The position numbers and the translations under genes were made by a program. DNA of 64,000 bases, taken from positions 1,458,507 through 1,522,506 of the forward strand of contig OY759598.1 in NCBI GenBank assembly GCA_963662435.1. Direction: 5' to 3'. Positions 51,644 through 62,360 of this stretch are shown here, piece by piece. The stretch's first letter is position 1; each line of letters starts with the position of its first letter. Origin of the DNA: Dehalococcoidia bacterium (GTDB taxonomy: Bacteria; Chloroflexota; Dehalococcoidia; Lucifugimonadales; VXLM01). The notes beneath the pieces are model-generated. The model worked only from the letters and a program-made list of their open reading frames with translations. It did no database searches and had not been told where the DNA came from.

Positions 51644-52895
51644 ACGTCAGATTCAACCTGTTCCTCTCTTTCAGCAGCTCGCTAAACTCGCCGAAAGACA
51701 CGGCACGGTAGTGGGCAATTTCGTTCCGAATCAAACGACTCATAGACACTATTGGCAGGAACCCCCTCTCGCTCTTGAACTTCGGGACATTTCTGAGGAG
51801 ATATTCAATGTAGCCAAGTCCGGCACCACGAGGATTGTTGGTCACGGCTTCAAGTTCGTATCTCTCCTGCGGTGAATAGGGATTAGTGGGCCAGTCCTGA
51901 CCAAAGGTCGCGGTCAAGTGATCGCATATTTTGATTCTGATCTCGTTCAATATTGGGAGAAGACAATCCGACTGTCCACGCCAAAGCTTGTGTTCGACAT
52001 CTGCTGGTCGGCCAACGTAGGCTAGTGCAGCTGTGTGATGCTCTGCACCATACTCAGGAGTGAATACCACGTCGCCACCAGCCCACTGCCTCCACAAGTC
52101 CCGTGGGGGACTCAATGCCGACACGGGGACTTCGACATCCAGCAAGTCTGAGACGTCTTCGAACGCTAGGTTCTCCGTGCGGACGTACTCGATTAGACTG
52201 TCTAAGACCTCCTCTTTGGATTTGAAAACATCGTCCCACAAGTAATCTGCCAGCTTCCAGTCGTTGGAGACCAGTGCTGGCAAGACCTGTTCCCGCCATC
52301 GGGTTCTAGCCTCATCAACGCCTTCTTCTTCGTTCGCTATTCGACATGCCAATCTAACCTCTAGCGTCGATGGCAATCCCCACCACCAGTGAATCGCGAC
52401 CCCAGATTCTGGACTAGGAGGGTCAAAATCGAAATCCTTTAGCTTGGCGACCAAGCACAGCCGGGGAAGGTGACTAGTGCCCCGGCTTTCCAGTCTCTTC
52501 GATTCATCGGCCCAATCTTGAGCCAGATCCAACCATCTCGCACGTTCCATAGGATAAGCGGAGTCGGATGTGTCGAAATCACGAATGTGAATTAGACTGG
52601 GTAACCCTTCGCATTGAAGTAAGTTCCTAATACTCTTTACAGTGCTTGGGCTGGGCCAGGAAGTGTTCAGCTGGTCAGAAAGTGATAGTGCTGGCACTTG
52701 ATCCGCTGTGTACGAGACGTCTCGCACAACTAGACGTTGGACCCCCAGTCTGTTGTCAATCAGTCTCGCCACCATATCGCGACTCACCGTGTCTGGGATC
52801 AACACAACGACTGAACTATGACGTACAGAACTGGATACGGTATCGGTGAATGCTCGTATAGATGGCAGTGTCAGAATGGTCTTTTCGATCGTCAC
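51642..52895 (-). CDS. hypothetical protein, partner of the ATPase
   Basis: 417-aa ORF (WWWG, LWRGQ, and a C-terminal RNEIAH that resembles the HEPN RxxxxH motif). Confidence 0.75.
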   Translation of the reverse strand: MTIEKTILTLPSIRAFTDTVSSSVRHSSVVVLIPDTVSRDMVARLIDNRLGVQRLVVRDVSYTADQVPALSLSDQLNTSWPSPSTVKSIRNLLQCEGLPSLIHIRDFDTSDSAYPMERARWLDLAQDWADESKRLESRGTSHLPRLCLVAKLKDFDFDPPSPESGVAIHWWWGLPSTLEVRLACRIANEEEGVDEARTRWREQVLPALVSNDWKLADYLWDDVFKSKEEVLDSLIEYVRTENLAFEDVSDLLDVEVPVSALSPPRDLWRQWAGGDVVFTPEYGAEHHTAALAYVGRPADVEHKLWRGQSDCLLPILNEIRIKICDHLTATFGQDWPTNPYSPQERYELEAVTNNPRGAGLGYIEYLLRNVPKFKSERGFLPIVSMSRLIRNEIAHYRAVSFGEFSELLKERNRLNLT

Positions 52896-52921
52896 TGGCG
52901 AGGAACTATGGTCATCCTCTT

Positions 52922-54718
52922 CTACCTACTTTCATTCAGCTTGATGATCTCCTCCAACACGGCCTCCCCAGTGCCAAATACCCGTGCCATACGCTGGCTT
53001 CGTATGCGATATCCCATACCATGCTGTACCAGTATCCCGAGACCGACCAGCTCGTTCAATAGTGATTCCAAATCTAGATCACTGAGATTGTCTTTCGCAA
53101 ACTGACTCGCCAATGCCTCGGCGTTGACCAGGTCAAGGACACAATCTCTCACTTCGCCGATTGTAAGGCTCTGCTGTGAAGCCGTATCTGGACCGTGGTA
53201 GTGATACATCATCGACAAACTGATGGCTCGGTATCGCACATCTAACCGAAACGTCTCATCGAACCTTCCCCGAATTCCATCTCGTATCTCTCGACTCATG
53301 GCCACTTCATCGACGTGATCCTGTCTAATCATGTATGGCGCTTCGCCAACCAAACCTTTCTCACGTAGCAGCTTGACTAGGTTGTGACAGAAGAACTGGA
53401 TCTCTGACGGATGACACTCCGTATGGGTCAGGATAGTATCAACAAGTAGAGGATCTTCGAACGCAAAGCCCATCGCACGCATGGGTTCCAGAATGAATCG
53501 CTGCGCTTCGCTATACTTCAGTGGACCTAGGCCCCCGCGTCTAGGATTGTTGGGATCAAAGCGAAGATTGCGGTAGGGTGTGTTCTTGCTACGCGCCAGT
53601 CGCTGAACACTGTGGAGTCCGGCAAACACAATCTTGAATCTGTTATTAGCCTCTACCATTAGAGTTCTCATCGACCCAACAATTGGAGAACCCTTCGCAG
53701 CATCCAGTTCAAGGAACCTGTCCGCCTCATCGAACATGACCAATACTCGTAGCCTAGGGTCCTTCTGAAACAGCTTTCCCAAGTGCTCCCGGACAGATTC
53801 CGAGTTCAAGCTGAGAGCGTCTTTGTCAGTTAGGCCCTGCTCGACGAACTGATTCAACAGAATCTCCCAAATGTCCATCGGGTCTTTCGCTATTCCATCT
53901 AGGATGTAGCCGCGGTCTATGAGGTCAACAAACCATGCGAAGCGATGGACCTCCGGATCATGGACTCGCCTTTCGATATTTCGCAGGAGCGCGGTTTTCC
54001 CGACTTGGCGTCCTCCGAACAAGAAGTGTGTACCCCCGCTCATATCTTCTATATCGGTGGCTACGTCTTCTCTACCATAGAAGATCTCCGCCGGCACAGG
54101 TGCTCCCCAACTCTCCTCGGGAATGTAGGGATTGGGGGCCGAGTAGGCAAGCGCACACTTCAGGAAAGACATCCAGCGATAATCGCGGTCTATCGTAGCT
54201 AGATACTCAAACACCAGTTCATCCAACAACGCGAAGGACAGATTGTCTGCGATGCTGCTCTTTCTGATTTCGCCGCGTTCTGCCGTTGTTAGTCCATTCA
54301 TGTAAAGCACGATGACTGCATCCTGTCCGCCCACTGCGCCATTTCGTACCGGCGTAAGTGTCGTAATCATATGAGGCCTGTGATTCCAAGCACAGACTAT
54401 ATGATAGACCCCGTTGGAGTTGGAGCCGAACTGCGGAATGCCTCTCAACGTGATAATCTCTTCCTGTGCCACTTCGACGGTGATATGTCTTCGCGCCGGG
54501 CTATTCCCAGCCTTACTTCTTGTGGAGTCGTTCGTGACACCTTGCGTATCACACTGCAAGCCTAGGAATTGAAGTATCTTCACGATATTCTCTAAGGCTG
54601 GCCTCTGTGAACGATTGTTCCATTGGGTTTTCCTCAGGGTCTGCCAGGCTTCAATGGCTTCCAGCACATCGTTCCTGCGAGATGGAGAATCGACCAAGTG
54701 TGAAGGTAGACTGGTCAT
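52922..54718 (-). CDS. STAND/AAA-type P-loop ATPase with C-terminal wHTH
   Basis: NPY...FYGRE, Walker A GGRQVGKT, Walker B VMFDEAD, HPSEIQFFC, LNELVGLGIL; GGAG RBS before MTSLP. Confidence 0.85.
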   Translation of the reverse strand: MTSLPSHLVDSPSRRNDVLEAIEAWQTLRKTQWNNRSQRPALENIVKILQFLGLQCDTQGVTNDSTRSKAGNSPARRHITVEVAQEEIITLRGIPQFGSNSNGVYHIVCAWNHRPHMITTLTPVRNGAVGGQDAVIVLYMNGLTTAERGEIRKSSIADNLSFALLDELVFEYLATIDRDYRWMSFLKCALAYSAPNPYIPEESWGAPVPAEIFYGREDVATDIEDMSGGTHFLFGGRQVGKTALLRNIERRVHDPEVHRFAWFVDLIDRGYILDGIAKDPMDIWEILLNQFVEQGLTDKDALSLNSESVREHLGKLFQKDPRLRVLVMFDEADRFLELDAAKGSPIVGSMRTLMVEANNRFKIVFAGLHSVQRLARSKNTPYRNLRFDPNNPRRGGLGPLKYSEAQRFILEPMRAMGFAFEDPLLVDTILTHTECHPSEIQFFCHNLVKLLREKGLVGEAPYMIRQDHVDEVAMSREIRDGIRGRFDETFRLDVRYRAISLSMMYHYHGPDTASQQSLTIGEVRDCVLDLVNAEALASQFAKDNLSDLDLESLLNELVGLGILVQHGMGYRIRSQRMARVFGTGEAVLEEIIKLNESR

Positions 54719-54787
54719 TGTATGGTATCTCCGGCGCTGGTAGGAATTGGACCCCGTCGCGTGTGCGGGCAATATACAGACTCGGGC

Positions 54788-57499
54788 TCAACCATCTATG
54801 GCCGACAACCTATCCTGGAGGGCGTTCAGCCCACTTCCCGTGCGGGCATGTTCCTCAATATCGGCAATGGCATCGACGAATGCAACGAAGTTGACAATCT
54901 CGGTGCTCGTAGTTTCGCCACTATCATCCCATTCAGCAAGGGGAAGAGGCTCACCACTAGAGTGGTTTCGTATGCGGATGACACACTCTTCCATCACTCT
55001 GATATTGGCACTTTCTTGCGCCGTATTAAACTTCTCTTCCCACGCGGCAACGGCTGGAGTGTTCCTATTGGCCAAGTTGGTGGCTTCCTGTTCCCACTCA
55101 CCTTGGAGCTGTGCGAGCCTACGTCTTTCCTCCGCATCTAAGCTGTCCTGAATGTCGGCAAGCTGACCGAATTGTGCTGGATAACTGATGGTGATGTGAT
55201 CCAATTCAGTGGCCCTTATGACGTCCTCTATGGTTACGTGAGCCATGATCCAATTGTCATCGTCAATGTCGATGACTCCGTCTCTCACCGACTGTTGAAC
55301 ACTCTTTTCGATATCTTCAACGTTTCTCTTGAGCGTTGTATTGGAGTCTTGCATAGCTTTGGAGCAGAGACTCTCCAAGCGTTCCCTTTCTTCGATAGCA
55401 ACGCCAGAACTCATCTTTTCAAAGAACCTGTAGTCCTGGAGCTCAATCCGTTGTTCAATAGCCTGCTCCAGCGACATAGACTCTGAGATACCTGCAACAA
55501 GGTCAGGCACCAAGTCGGTTGGACTGGCACTCTCCGTCAATCAACCCTCGTCGTCGATATCTTGGACTTTCGTCCACAGCAGCCGGTTTGTCATTGAGAT
55601 TGCCAAGTCGTCGGTCTCACGAGGTATGCGGTGGAATTCCGCAACTGTTGCTGGCAAATCAGGAATTTCACAGTCTGTCTGGATATTCAGAGATCTGTAG
55701 ACGTGCTCCAACGAACGTTTGGCACATTCTGCCGCTGCGGCTACGTCCGTCGGACTTGCTTCGCCTGTAAACTCCGTTAGTGTTTCAATAGCTAAGCGGG
55801 ATACACTTTCCACTTCATCGCGTAGAGCATTAACCCGTTGAATCAGGTAAGTGTCTCTTGGACCTTCGCGCACTGCATTCTCGTACTCGACAAGCTCACA
55901 CCAGTGGTTGCCTATCGCTGTCGCTTCAGCTATCCCCTTGAGGAGCCAATTGCGAGCCTTACCTGTGATCTCAGGCTTGGGTGTCTTGCCTTCTTCCAGC
56001 AGTTGGTCGGTACGATGGATCATTTCGACGGCTGCGTCACCTTGCAACTCGGAGATTGCTGTTCTGACAGTATCGACTCTAGTGTGATCGTTTTCCTTTA
56101 CGGGAGAGAGCATCTCGGTAATTTTGCCTTTAGGGCCGGTAAGGAACTTCCAGACACTCGTGGCGCGCCCAAAGGGGCCAAATTTCATTGCGGCGTCCGC
56201 CATCCACTTCGTTGCACGCAAGCTGGCTTTCAAAATGCCATCCTGACGCCGCACGGACTCTCCTGTGCCTGTGATGTACTCTGGTCGCAAAGGCGGATTA
56301 CCCGTTAGGACATAGTTTGAGACAGCTGATTCAACACCCTTCAACTCGGGACATAGTTTAGGTACTCTCAACCAGCCTACAATGTTGGAATGAGGAGCAA
56401 TTAACGAAGCATGAATTGAAGTAGCGAACAAGAGCAGTTCAATTGCTGGGGTCAATGCAGTGTCATCATAGTTGGCGACAATTTCCAGTACGTCTTCAAT
56501 ATATTGATTCGACTGAGGAGATAGCCACCTTGATGCCTGTAAGGCCTGCAAGGCCTGCAACAGTGTAGGTGACAAAACACAATCAGAATCCTCTTCGTAC
56601 AGAGACTGAGCAAGCCAGTACGCACCTGCCAGATCTTCCTCTGCAATGAGGGTCCACATAAGTGTTTCAAGGTCATAGAGCGACTCTGAGGCCAGAAAGC
56701 GTCTTGCAACCTCTTCCGATGCTTCAAGTCCGTATCTTTGCCGAGTATTCCCGTTATCCCCGGAGTCCCCTGATTCTTCGACGTGGTCGTCAGGCTGCTG
56801 ACCAACTACCTTGCTCTCCCGGTCGATACTCTCCAAGAGGGTTGTCGAGGACTCTTCGAGATCGCCAGTAGGTTCACCGTTAGGGATACTGTCGGGAATT
56901 GCTGTCGATTCTTCATCAGGCTGCCATTCGTCAACCAGATTGTTCTCTTTGTCTAAGAGGGTCGCTGTTTCGTTGTCTTCCGCCTTGGGGGAGGGCTCCG
57001 AGCCGCTTGGTTCCGTGTGCTGAGGTGGAACTATTGTAGATTCATCGACGATGTCCGCAGCACGGGAGCCAGCTTCAACGGGATCCTCTGACTGGGCCTC
57101 AGCCATGTGTTCCTTAAGTGCTTCTACGTTACGCCCGACGCGAGCGGCCGCTTTCTGTAGAGTCTCTAGGCTTACTGATCTGGCTCCTTGGAATTCTATT
57201 AGACTAGACTCGATCTGACTGATAGCCTCTAGGACCATGTAGGGGTCAGAGGGAGACCTCAGATCAGGCCATGACAGCGTATCTGGGGTTATACCAAGGA
57301 ACGTCAACTCGTCCGAGAAACGTTCGCTGATGTCGCGGACAGCAGATGCCAGTTCCTTTACCTGGCTACGCTGTGTCTCTTTCTCTTCGATGATTTTGGT
57401 GAAGTCATCGATGAATTGCTGGGCATGTTCCCACTGAGGAGCACTAGTAGGTAGCTCTCGAAGCTGATCAAGCCACTGGGGAAAGTCAACGGAGCTCAT
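54788..57499 (-). pseudogene. large helical/acidic protein interrupted by an in-frame TGA (55541-55543)
   Basis: 652-aa and 250-aa ORFs abut in the same frame (DEG*LTE); GGAGG RBS before MSSVD. Confidence 0.65.
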
Positions 57500-58367
57500 C
57501 TTGAGCCAAACCTCCGTGTTCTTAGGGCAGGAGACATCATACCATCAGGCCTGGTGTGTTGCTCAGCTGTCTGAGAATCGAGCGCCACCGAATGGGGTAC
57601 TCCCACTCGCGGCCTCGGAATTCCTCGTCCACCAGCTTGCCCTTGGCCTATCCGGGGGTGTGGCGGACCTGTCGAGATCCGTTAGGTAGGTGTGTCTCTC
57701 CAGATTTGCAGAGGTGCGGCGGCACCGTAGTTCAGGACCTGATCGCCTAGGGAAACGAGCAAATCGAACCCCGGCCCATCGCTCGTATCCCTGGGGCGCA
57801 AAGAAAGAGCGCGCGCACGGCCGTGGGAGGGAAGGAGCGATTTTTCTGAAACGCAAGAAAGGCCCACATATGGGTGAACGGGCGTCCTCCTACCCCCTCG
57901 TGCGGTCCAGTCCCGTCTCCCTCGCCAATCCGTCCGGCAGATCGCGGCAGTCCTCCGCCTCATCCGGTAGACCTCCGGCATCCAGGTCGCGGCTGATGTC
58001 GATGACGAACTGTACTACCTTGACCTTGCACCCCTCGCAGACGGTCCTCCAGGTAGTAGTCCACGGCTCTCAGTTTGCCTGGGGTGTCCCCTCCGCAGAG
58101 GGCCTTCTCTTAGTCGGCTTCGATGTCGAACGGGCGCATCTCCATCACTTGGTATCCCATAGCTTCGTACCTCCTTCTGGCTCGTTCCGTCACATTCAAG
58201 GTGTCATCGTCTCGGACTCTCATATGCTCTGATCCTCTCGTAAATGCAAAATGGCCCCACATATGGGTTTGGGCGGGGGGAGGCCATCGCCGCGAATGCG
58301 ACGGCCTTCCCCCGTACTCCTGCTGTCAGCGTCCCGCCCCGACCAGCTCGCCCTCTCGGCGCGGCGC

Positions 58368-58847
58368 CTAGAACAGCCTCAGCGTCTGTTGGTGGGCCGT
58401 CTCTCCCTCAGCGTTTGCAGCCTGCGCGTCGCCCTGCTGACGCCTGCCCCGCCGCCTGGCCGGGGAAGCAGGTCTCGCGTAGGCCGGGTGCTTGGGCTGG
58501 TCTTCCCACCTGGCCCTCGCCCTCTCGGTCACCGCCAGAACCTCCTGCGCCAGCCCGGGCAGGTCACTGTCGTCGAAGGTCTCGATGTGCGGGTCCGCTG
58601 AGGGCCGCTGCACCCCGATGGTGGCCCGGCTTCCTTTGATGGCCACGACCACCTTTAGCTCCTCCGAGGGAGCGGCCAGTTTCTGGGCCTCATCGGAATC
58701 CTGCGGTTCCGGTGCGGCCTCAGCCCTGGGGGCATCCTTCTCTTCTACTGGCGCGGCGGGCTTGTCGTCCGCGATGTCGCCAACGGGACTATCGTCCGCG
58801 CCCGGAGCATCCGAGCGGGTCGCTTCCGTTCCAACTTCGTCAGGCAT
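58368..58847 (-). CDS. hypothetical protein, possibly analogous to PRTRC protein E
   Basis: AAAGGAG RBS; acidic low-complexity N-terminus; ends QQTLRLF. Confidence 0.6.
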   Translation of the reverse strand: MPDEVGTEATRSDAPGADDSPVGDIADDKPAAPVEEKDAPRAEAAPEPQDSDEAQKLAAPSEELKVVVAIKGSRATIGVQRPSADPHIETFDDSDLPGLAQEVLAVTERARARWEDQPKHPAYARPASPARRRGRRQQGDAQAANAEGETAHQQTLRLF

Positions 58848-58897
58848 GGTCTCTCCTTTCATTGTTCCAGTCTCGCCTTGTTCAGGAGAACCGGTCA

Positions 58898-59284
58898 CTA
58901 GGAGGCCATCATTGATGACTCCCTCCTGATCTCGCCGAGGGTCTTCGGTTTCCAATACAGGTCGCGCTCCACCGCGGGGACGTCGCCGAAGACTGTCGCC
59001 TCCGCCAGCTCGTCGAGTGTGAAGTAGCCAAGCTCCGTCTCGAATCCCTCCACGAGGCCGAAGCACTCACCGGTCTCGGCGTTCCACTCGGTGATGTACC
59101 AGGTCCAGTTGGCGTAGGGACTGAACAGCTTCACCCTGGCAACGACGGAGTCAGGTTCATCCGCCCCGTCATTGGCGTACAGGGGCGGGATGGTGTCGGC
59201 GAGCTCCTTCGTCATGAGCTTGTGCCTGCGTAGCCCGCTGTGGTTGTCCTGCCAGATCGTGGCGCTTCCGTTTGCGTTAGACAT
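58898..59284 (-). CDS. DUF2958 family protein
   Basis: VKLFSPYANWTWYITE...FGLVEGFETELGYFTLDEL...ERDLYW. Confidence 0.88.
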   Translation of the reverse strand: MSNANGSATIWQDNHSGLRRHKLMTKELADTIPPLYANDGADEPDSVVARVKLFSPYANWTWYITEWNAETGECFGLVEGFETELGYFTLDELAEATVFGDVPAVERDLYWKPKTLGEIRRESSMMAS

Positions 59285-59371
59285 GGTTTCTCCTTTCCTA
59301 ATTGCTTCTCTTGACTGCGTTGATCGACGCCGCTCACCGGGGAGGTCTTCCTTCCCATGTGCGACGTGAGC

Positions 59372-60184
59372 TCACCCGGTCTCAGACTCGGGGTCGAACC
59401 CCACGATGCGCTCCGCCGCTTCCGGCGTTGCGTAGGTGGGGGTGACCGTCCCCAGGTCCATGTCGAGGTAGAGGCCCATGAAGGGGCAGGTGCCCGCCAC
59501 CATGCGGCGGACGACCTGTAGCACCAGGGAGGCCATCATCTGGTTGATGGTCGGGTCCTGGTCGGTGAGGTCGAGGGCGGCGGCGCAGTCCACGTCTGGC
59601 GGCCTGCTCGACGCGGCGGTCAGCAGGTCTGGCCGTTGCAGCGTGGGCGCGGGCAGCAAGTGGCAGGTCTCGTCGACGAAGGCGGGCTCGTCCCAGGACT
59701 CCCGGTCGGCCACGTTTCCGACCAGCACCTGCCCCCAGTTGGTGTCGTTGCCAGCGTCGATGAGCCACCGTTGCGGGCCGCCCCTGAGACTCTCCGCCAT
59801 CGCCGCACGAGCGGCGGCGTTGTCGGCGCAGCCGATGATCAGGCATTCGCCGTATTGGGGAAGGCCCGGCCAGTGGTATCCATAGGGACGGGCATCGTCC
59901 CCCCGGAAGGCGTAGACCGAGTAGCCTACGGGCCTTCGGTAGGCCCGTGCGAGCCGGTTCGCAAGAGCCTCGCTCTTGAAGCGCCCCACGTCCTCAGCGT
60001 AGAAGTTCTGACGGAGCAGGTTGTGGGGCTCGACCCGGTCGTGGTCGACCAAGACGATGGTGGCCTCCCGCCCCTGGAAGAGGCGGCAGAGTCCCTCCGC
60101 CACGAAGCCGCCGGTCCCGCCGCAGCCGACCACCGTTATCCATGGGTTGTCCAGCAGGAACTCGTTGTCCAGGTAGTAGGGCAT
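59372..60184 (-). CDS. PRTRC-type ThiF/E1-like adenylyltransferase
   Basis: VVGCGGTGG, DHDRVEPHNLLRQNF, KSEALA, GCADN, DAGN, DCA. Confidence 0.9.
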   Translation of the reverse strand: MPYYLDNEFLLDNPWITVVGCGGTGGFVAEGLCRLFQGREATIVLVDHDRVEPHNLLRQNFYAEDVGRFKSEALANRLARAYRRPVGYSVYAFRGDDARPYGYHWPGLPQYGECLIIGCADNAAARAAMAESLRGGPQRWLIDAGNDTNWGQVLVGNVADRESWDEPAFVDETCHLLPAPTLQRPDLLTAASSRPPDVDCAAALDLTDQDPTINQMMASLVLQVVRRMVAGTCPFMGLYLDMDLGTVTPTYATPEAAERIVGFDPESETG

Positions 60185-60843
60185 TCGTTGCTTACCTCCT
60201 TGTCCGTTCGATTGATGTCTTCTGTCGTCTCCGGCTCTTCCCCCGCCAGCCGGACGCCCGGCTCCAGCCCGTCGAACACCTGGGACCACTTCACAGGTGC
60301 GAAGTGGCCGTAGACGCCGACACGGAGGCTCAGCTCGGGCCGGTCGCTGCCGAGGCGTCCGGCGACGCCGTATATGCGGAACCCCTGCTCGTCCCTGTCG
60401 TCTGTCTTCGAGAAGAATGCGCGGGAGCTTCCGTGGGAGTGGAACTCGGCGACCACCCCTACGGGCGGCACGTAGGCAAGCCTCGTTCCGGTCCCAACCT
60501 GCGGGGGAACGACCAGCCGGTAGCCGTCCCCGTCCCAGCGGATTGCGAAGAGCCGCTCGGTCTCCGGGTCGTCCTGGAACCAGCGCAGCCCCAGCTCGAA
60601 GAGCGCTGCCGGGATGGGGCCGTTCGTTAGCTCCACCTTCTCCGCAACGCGAGCGAGCCCCCGCACCTCGCAGGCCGCCACCGACACCCGCGCCGTCAGG
60701 TGGGCGCTCTCGGACTGGACGTAGAGGCCGCCCGATCCGAGCACGTAGTCGTAGCCGATGCCGTGGGCTCCGGCGAGCCCGCCGGGGTGGTTGACCAGGT
60801 AGCCCACCGGACCCTGCTTGGGGCTAGCCGTAGCGGTAGCCAC
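60136..60843 (-). CDS. PRTRC protein A-like JAB/MPN metallopeptidase
   Basis: EFHSHGSSRAFFSKTDDRDE JAMM motif; LRVGVYGHF. Confidence 0.9.
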   Translation of the reverse strand: MATATASPKQGPVGYLVNHPGGLAGAHGIGYDYVLGSGGLYVQSESAHLTARVSVAACEVRGLARVAEKVELTNGPIPAALFELGLRWFQDDPETERLFAIRWDGDGYRLVVPPQVGTGTRLAYVPPVGVVAEFHSHGSSRAFFSKTDDRDEQGFRIYGVAGRLGSDRPELSLRVGVYGHFAPVKWSQVFDGLEPGVRLAGEEPETTEDINRTDKEVSNECPTTWTTSSCWTTHG

Positions 60844-61534
60844 GTCTTCCCTCGGAGACCGCCATCGCGTGGGCCACAGAACACTGGGGAACAAGGTCCT
60901 CCATCGGGTACTCGGTCTTTCCATCTATCTCCTCCCACAGTTCAACCAGGTTTTCGGGGTGCTTCTTCGACCGGTCCCGCGAGTCTCCGGTAAGGGAGAA
61001 GAAGGACTGGAAGAAAGACTCCGGTATCCGTCCCACCTCCTCGGGGAACTTATGGCTTCCGGGGCAGACACGCCCGTCCCTGAAGACGTTGAAGGCCGGG
61101 GCCCGGAAGAGATGCTGCTCGGCGTCGGTGGGCCGCTCCGCTGCGGCGTAGACCCAGGGGGCGCGGCCCGGCGAGCAGACGAAGACCAGCCCCGGCATGG
61201 GAAGCCGGAGCCGTGCGGGGGGCTTGAACGCCTCCCGTTGCAGGGCCACGGACCAGACCTGCGGCGGCCGCCAGAGGGCCACCACCTGTCCGGTCTCGCC
61301 CTGGTTCCACCAGAGGGCGTCCCTGGGCAACAACCCCGAGGAGAAGCCCAGGTGCTGGGTGAACACGTTGGCGATCTCGTCCGCCGAGACTGTCCTGACC
61401 CAGTTGGAGTCGTCTCCGAAGCCCCGGAGCAGGATGGTCTCGCCGTACACCTCGAGCTGCACCTTGAGGTCGTCCCTTGGCGCGTCATCAGGCCCCGGCA
61501 GAGACCACTCGGTCGCGTTGGCATCACCTGTCAT
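60824..61534 (-). CDS. PRTRC protein B-like prokaryotic E2-fold protein
   Basis: LPMPGLVF, LFRAPAFNVFRDGRVCPGS with a conserved Cys, FFQSFFS. Confidence 0.85.
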   Translation of the reverse strand: MTGDANATEWSLPGPDDAPRDDLKVQLEVYGETILLRGFGDDSNWVRTVSADEIANVFTQHLGFSSGLLPRDALWWNQGETGQVVALWRPPQVWSVALQREAFKPPARLRLPMPGLVFVCSPGRAPWVYAAAERPTDAEQHLFRAPAFNVFRDGRVCPGSHKFPEEVGRIPESFFQSFFSLTGDSRDRSKKHPENLVELWEEIDGKTEYPMEDLVPQCSVAHAMAVSEGRRGYRYG

Positions 61535-62360
61535 CGTTGTCCTCCTGTTCTCTGTTGGGTATCCGCTCCAGAACGAAGTCCAGCATCTCGGCGAAGCGAC
61601 CGGGAAGGTCGTCCTCCAGCCAGTCGGTCAACCGGCTCACCGAGTCCATGAGGGCGCTGGCCTTGCGCCACTGCTCGGTGCCCTCCTTGATGATTTCGTC
61701 CTCCCAGGGGTCGGCGAAGCCGTCGTAGGACCCATCGTCGAAGCAGTGGTCGAGGAAGAAGTTGCCGGTTTCGGCCAGCGCCCAGGAGCAGGCTTGCGCC
61801 GCCCCCTCGAACCTGGTCCCCCTGAGCGCCTCGGTGAGGTCCTCCGGGGGTATGCCCCCTTCGGGAATCCTCTCCAGGGTCTCCTTGGGGATGCGCTCGG
61901 CGGCGGATTCAAGCCAGGCCACCCGTATCTCGTCGGACTCCCCATAGAAGGAGTCTGGCGGCCTGACCAGCAGGAGCAGGGCCGAGATGCCGTCCCTGTA
62001 GCCGTGCCACAGCTCATGCAAGCCGTCGTAGCCGAATCCCATCAGGTCGAAGGGGATGCCCCGCCTCAGCCATGACCACGGGGGATCGTCCCCTTCCTCC
62101 GTCCAGAATTCGATCACCGGTGCGTAGAGGGGGAAGTGCCGCTCCCCGAAGAGATTGGCGAACCGTTCCACCCTCCTGCGTGTGTCGGGGGCGGCCAGCA
62201 CCGTCTCCGCCTCATCGGGAAAGAGGCGGCGCACCAGCCCCGCGAACCATGCGTAGTCGTCGGCGTATCCGATGAGCGTTATCAGCTCCCGCAGCGACGG
62301 CGGACGCCGCAGAAGTTTTTTCGCAAGACCGCTCAGGCTCGCCGGGGCCGCAGCTTCCAT
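61524..62360 (-). CDS. hypothetical protein (PRTRC protein F position)
   Basis: 278-aa acidic ORF coupled to the E2-like gene. Confidence 0.65.
   Translation of the reverse strand: MEAAAPASLSGLAKKLLRRPPSLRELITLIGYADDYAWFAGLVRRLFPDEAETVLAAPDTRRRVERFANLFGERHFPLYAPVIEFWTEEGDDPPWSWLRRGIPFDLMGFGYDGLHELWHGYRDGISALLLLVRPPDSFYGESDEIRVAWLESAAERIPKETLERIPEGGIPPEDLTEALRGTRFEGAAQACSWALAETGNFFLDHCFDDGSYDGFADPWEDEIIKEGTEQWRKASALMDSVSRLTDWLEDDLPGRFAEMLDFVLERIPNREQEDNDDR

Noticed and set aside
54788..55543. Selenocysteine or genome-wide TGA recoding
   Set aside because: No redox-motif context, and TGA is the normal stop of hpnH, istA and others in this window.
57500..58160. Possible genes between the PRTRC operon and the ATPase cassette
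   Set aside because: Only frameshifted, stop-interrupted fragments (e.g. MGYQVMEM..., TVCEGCK); no product can be supported.
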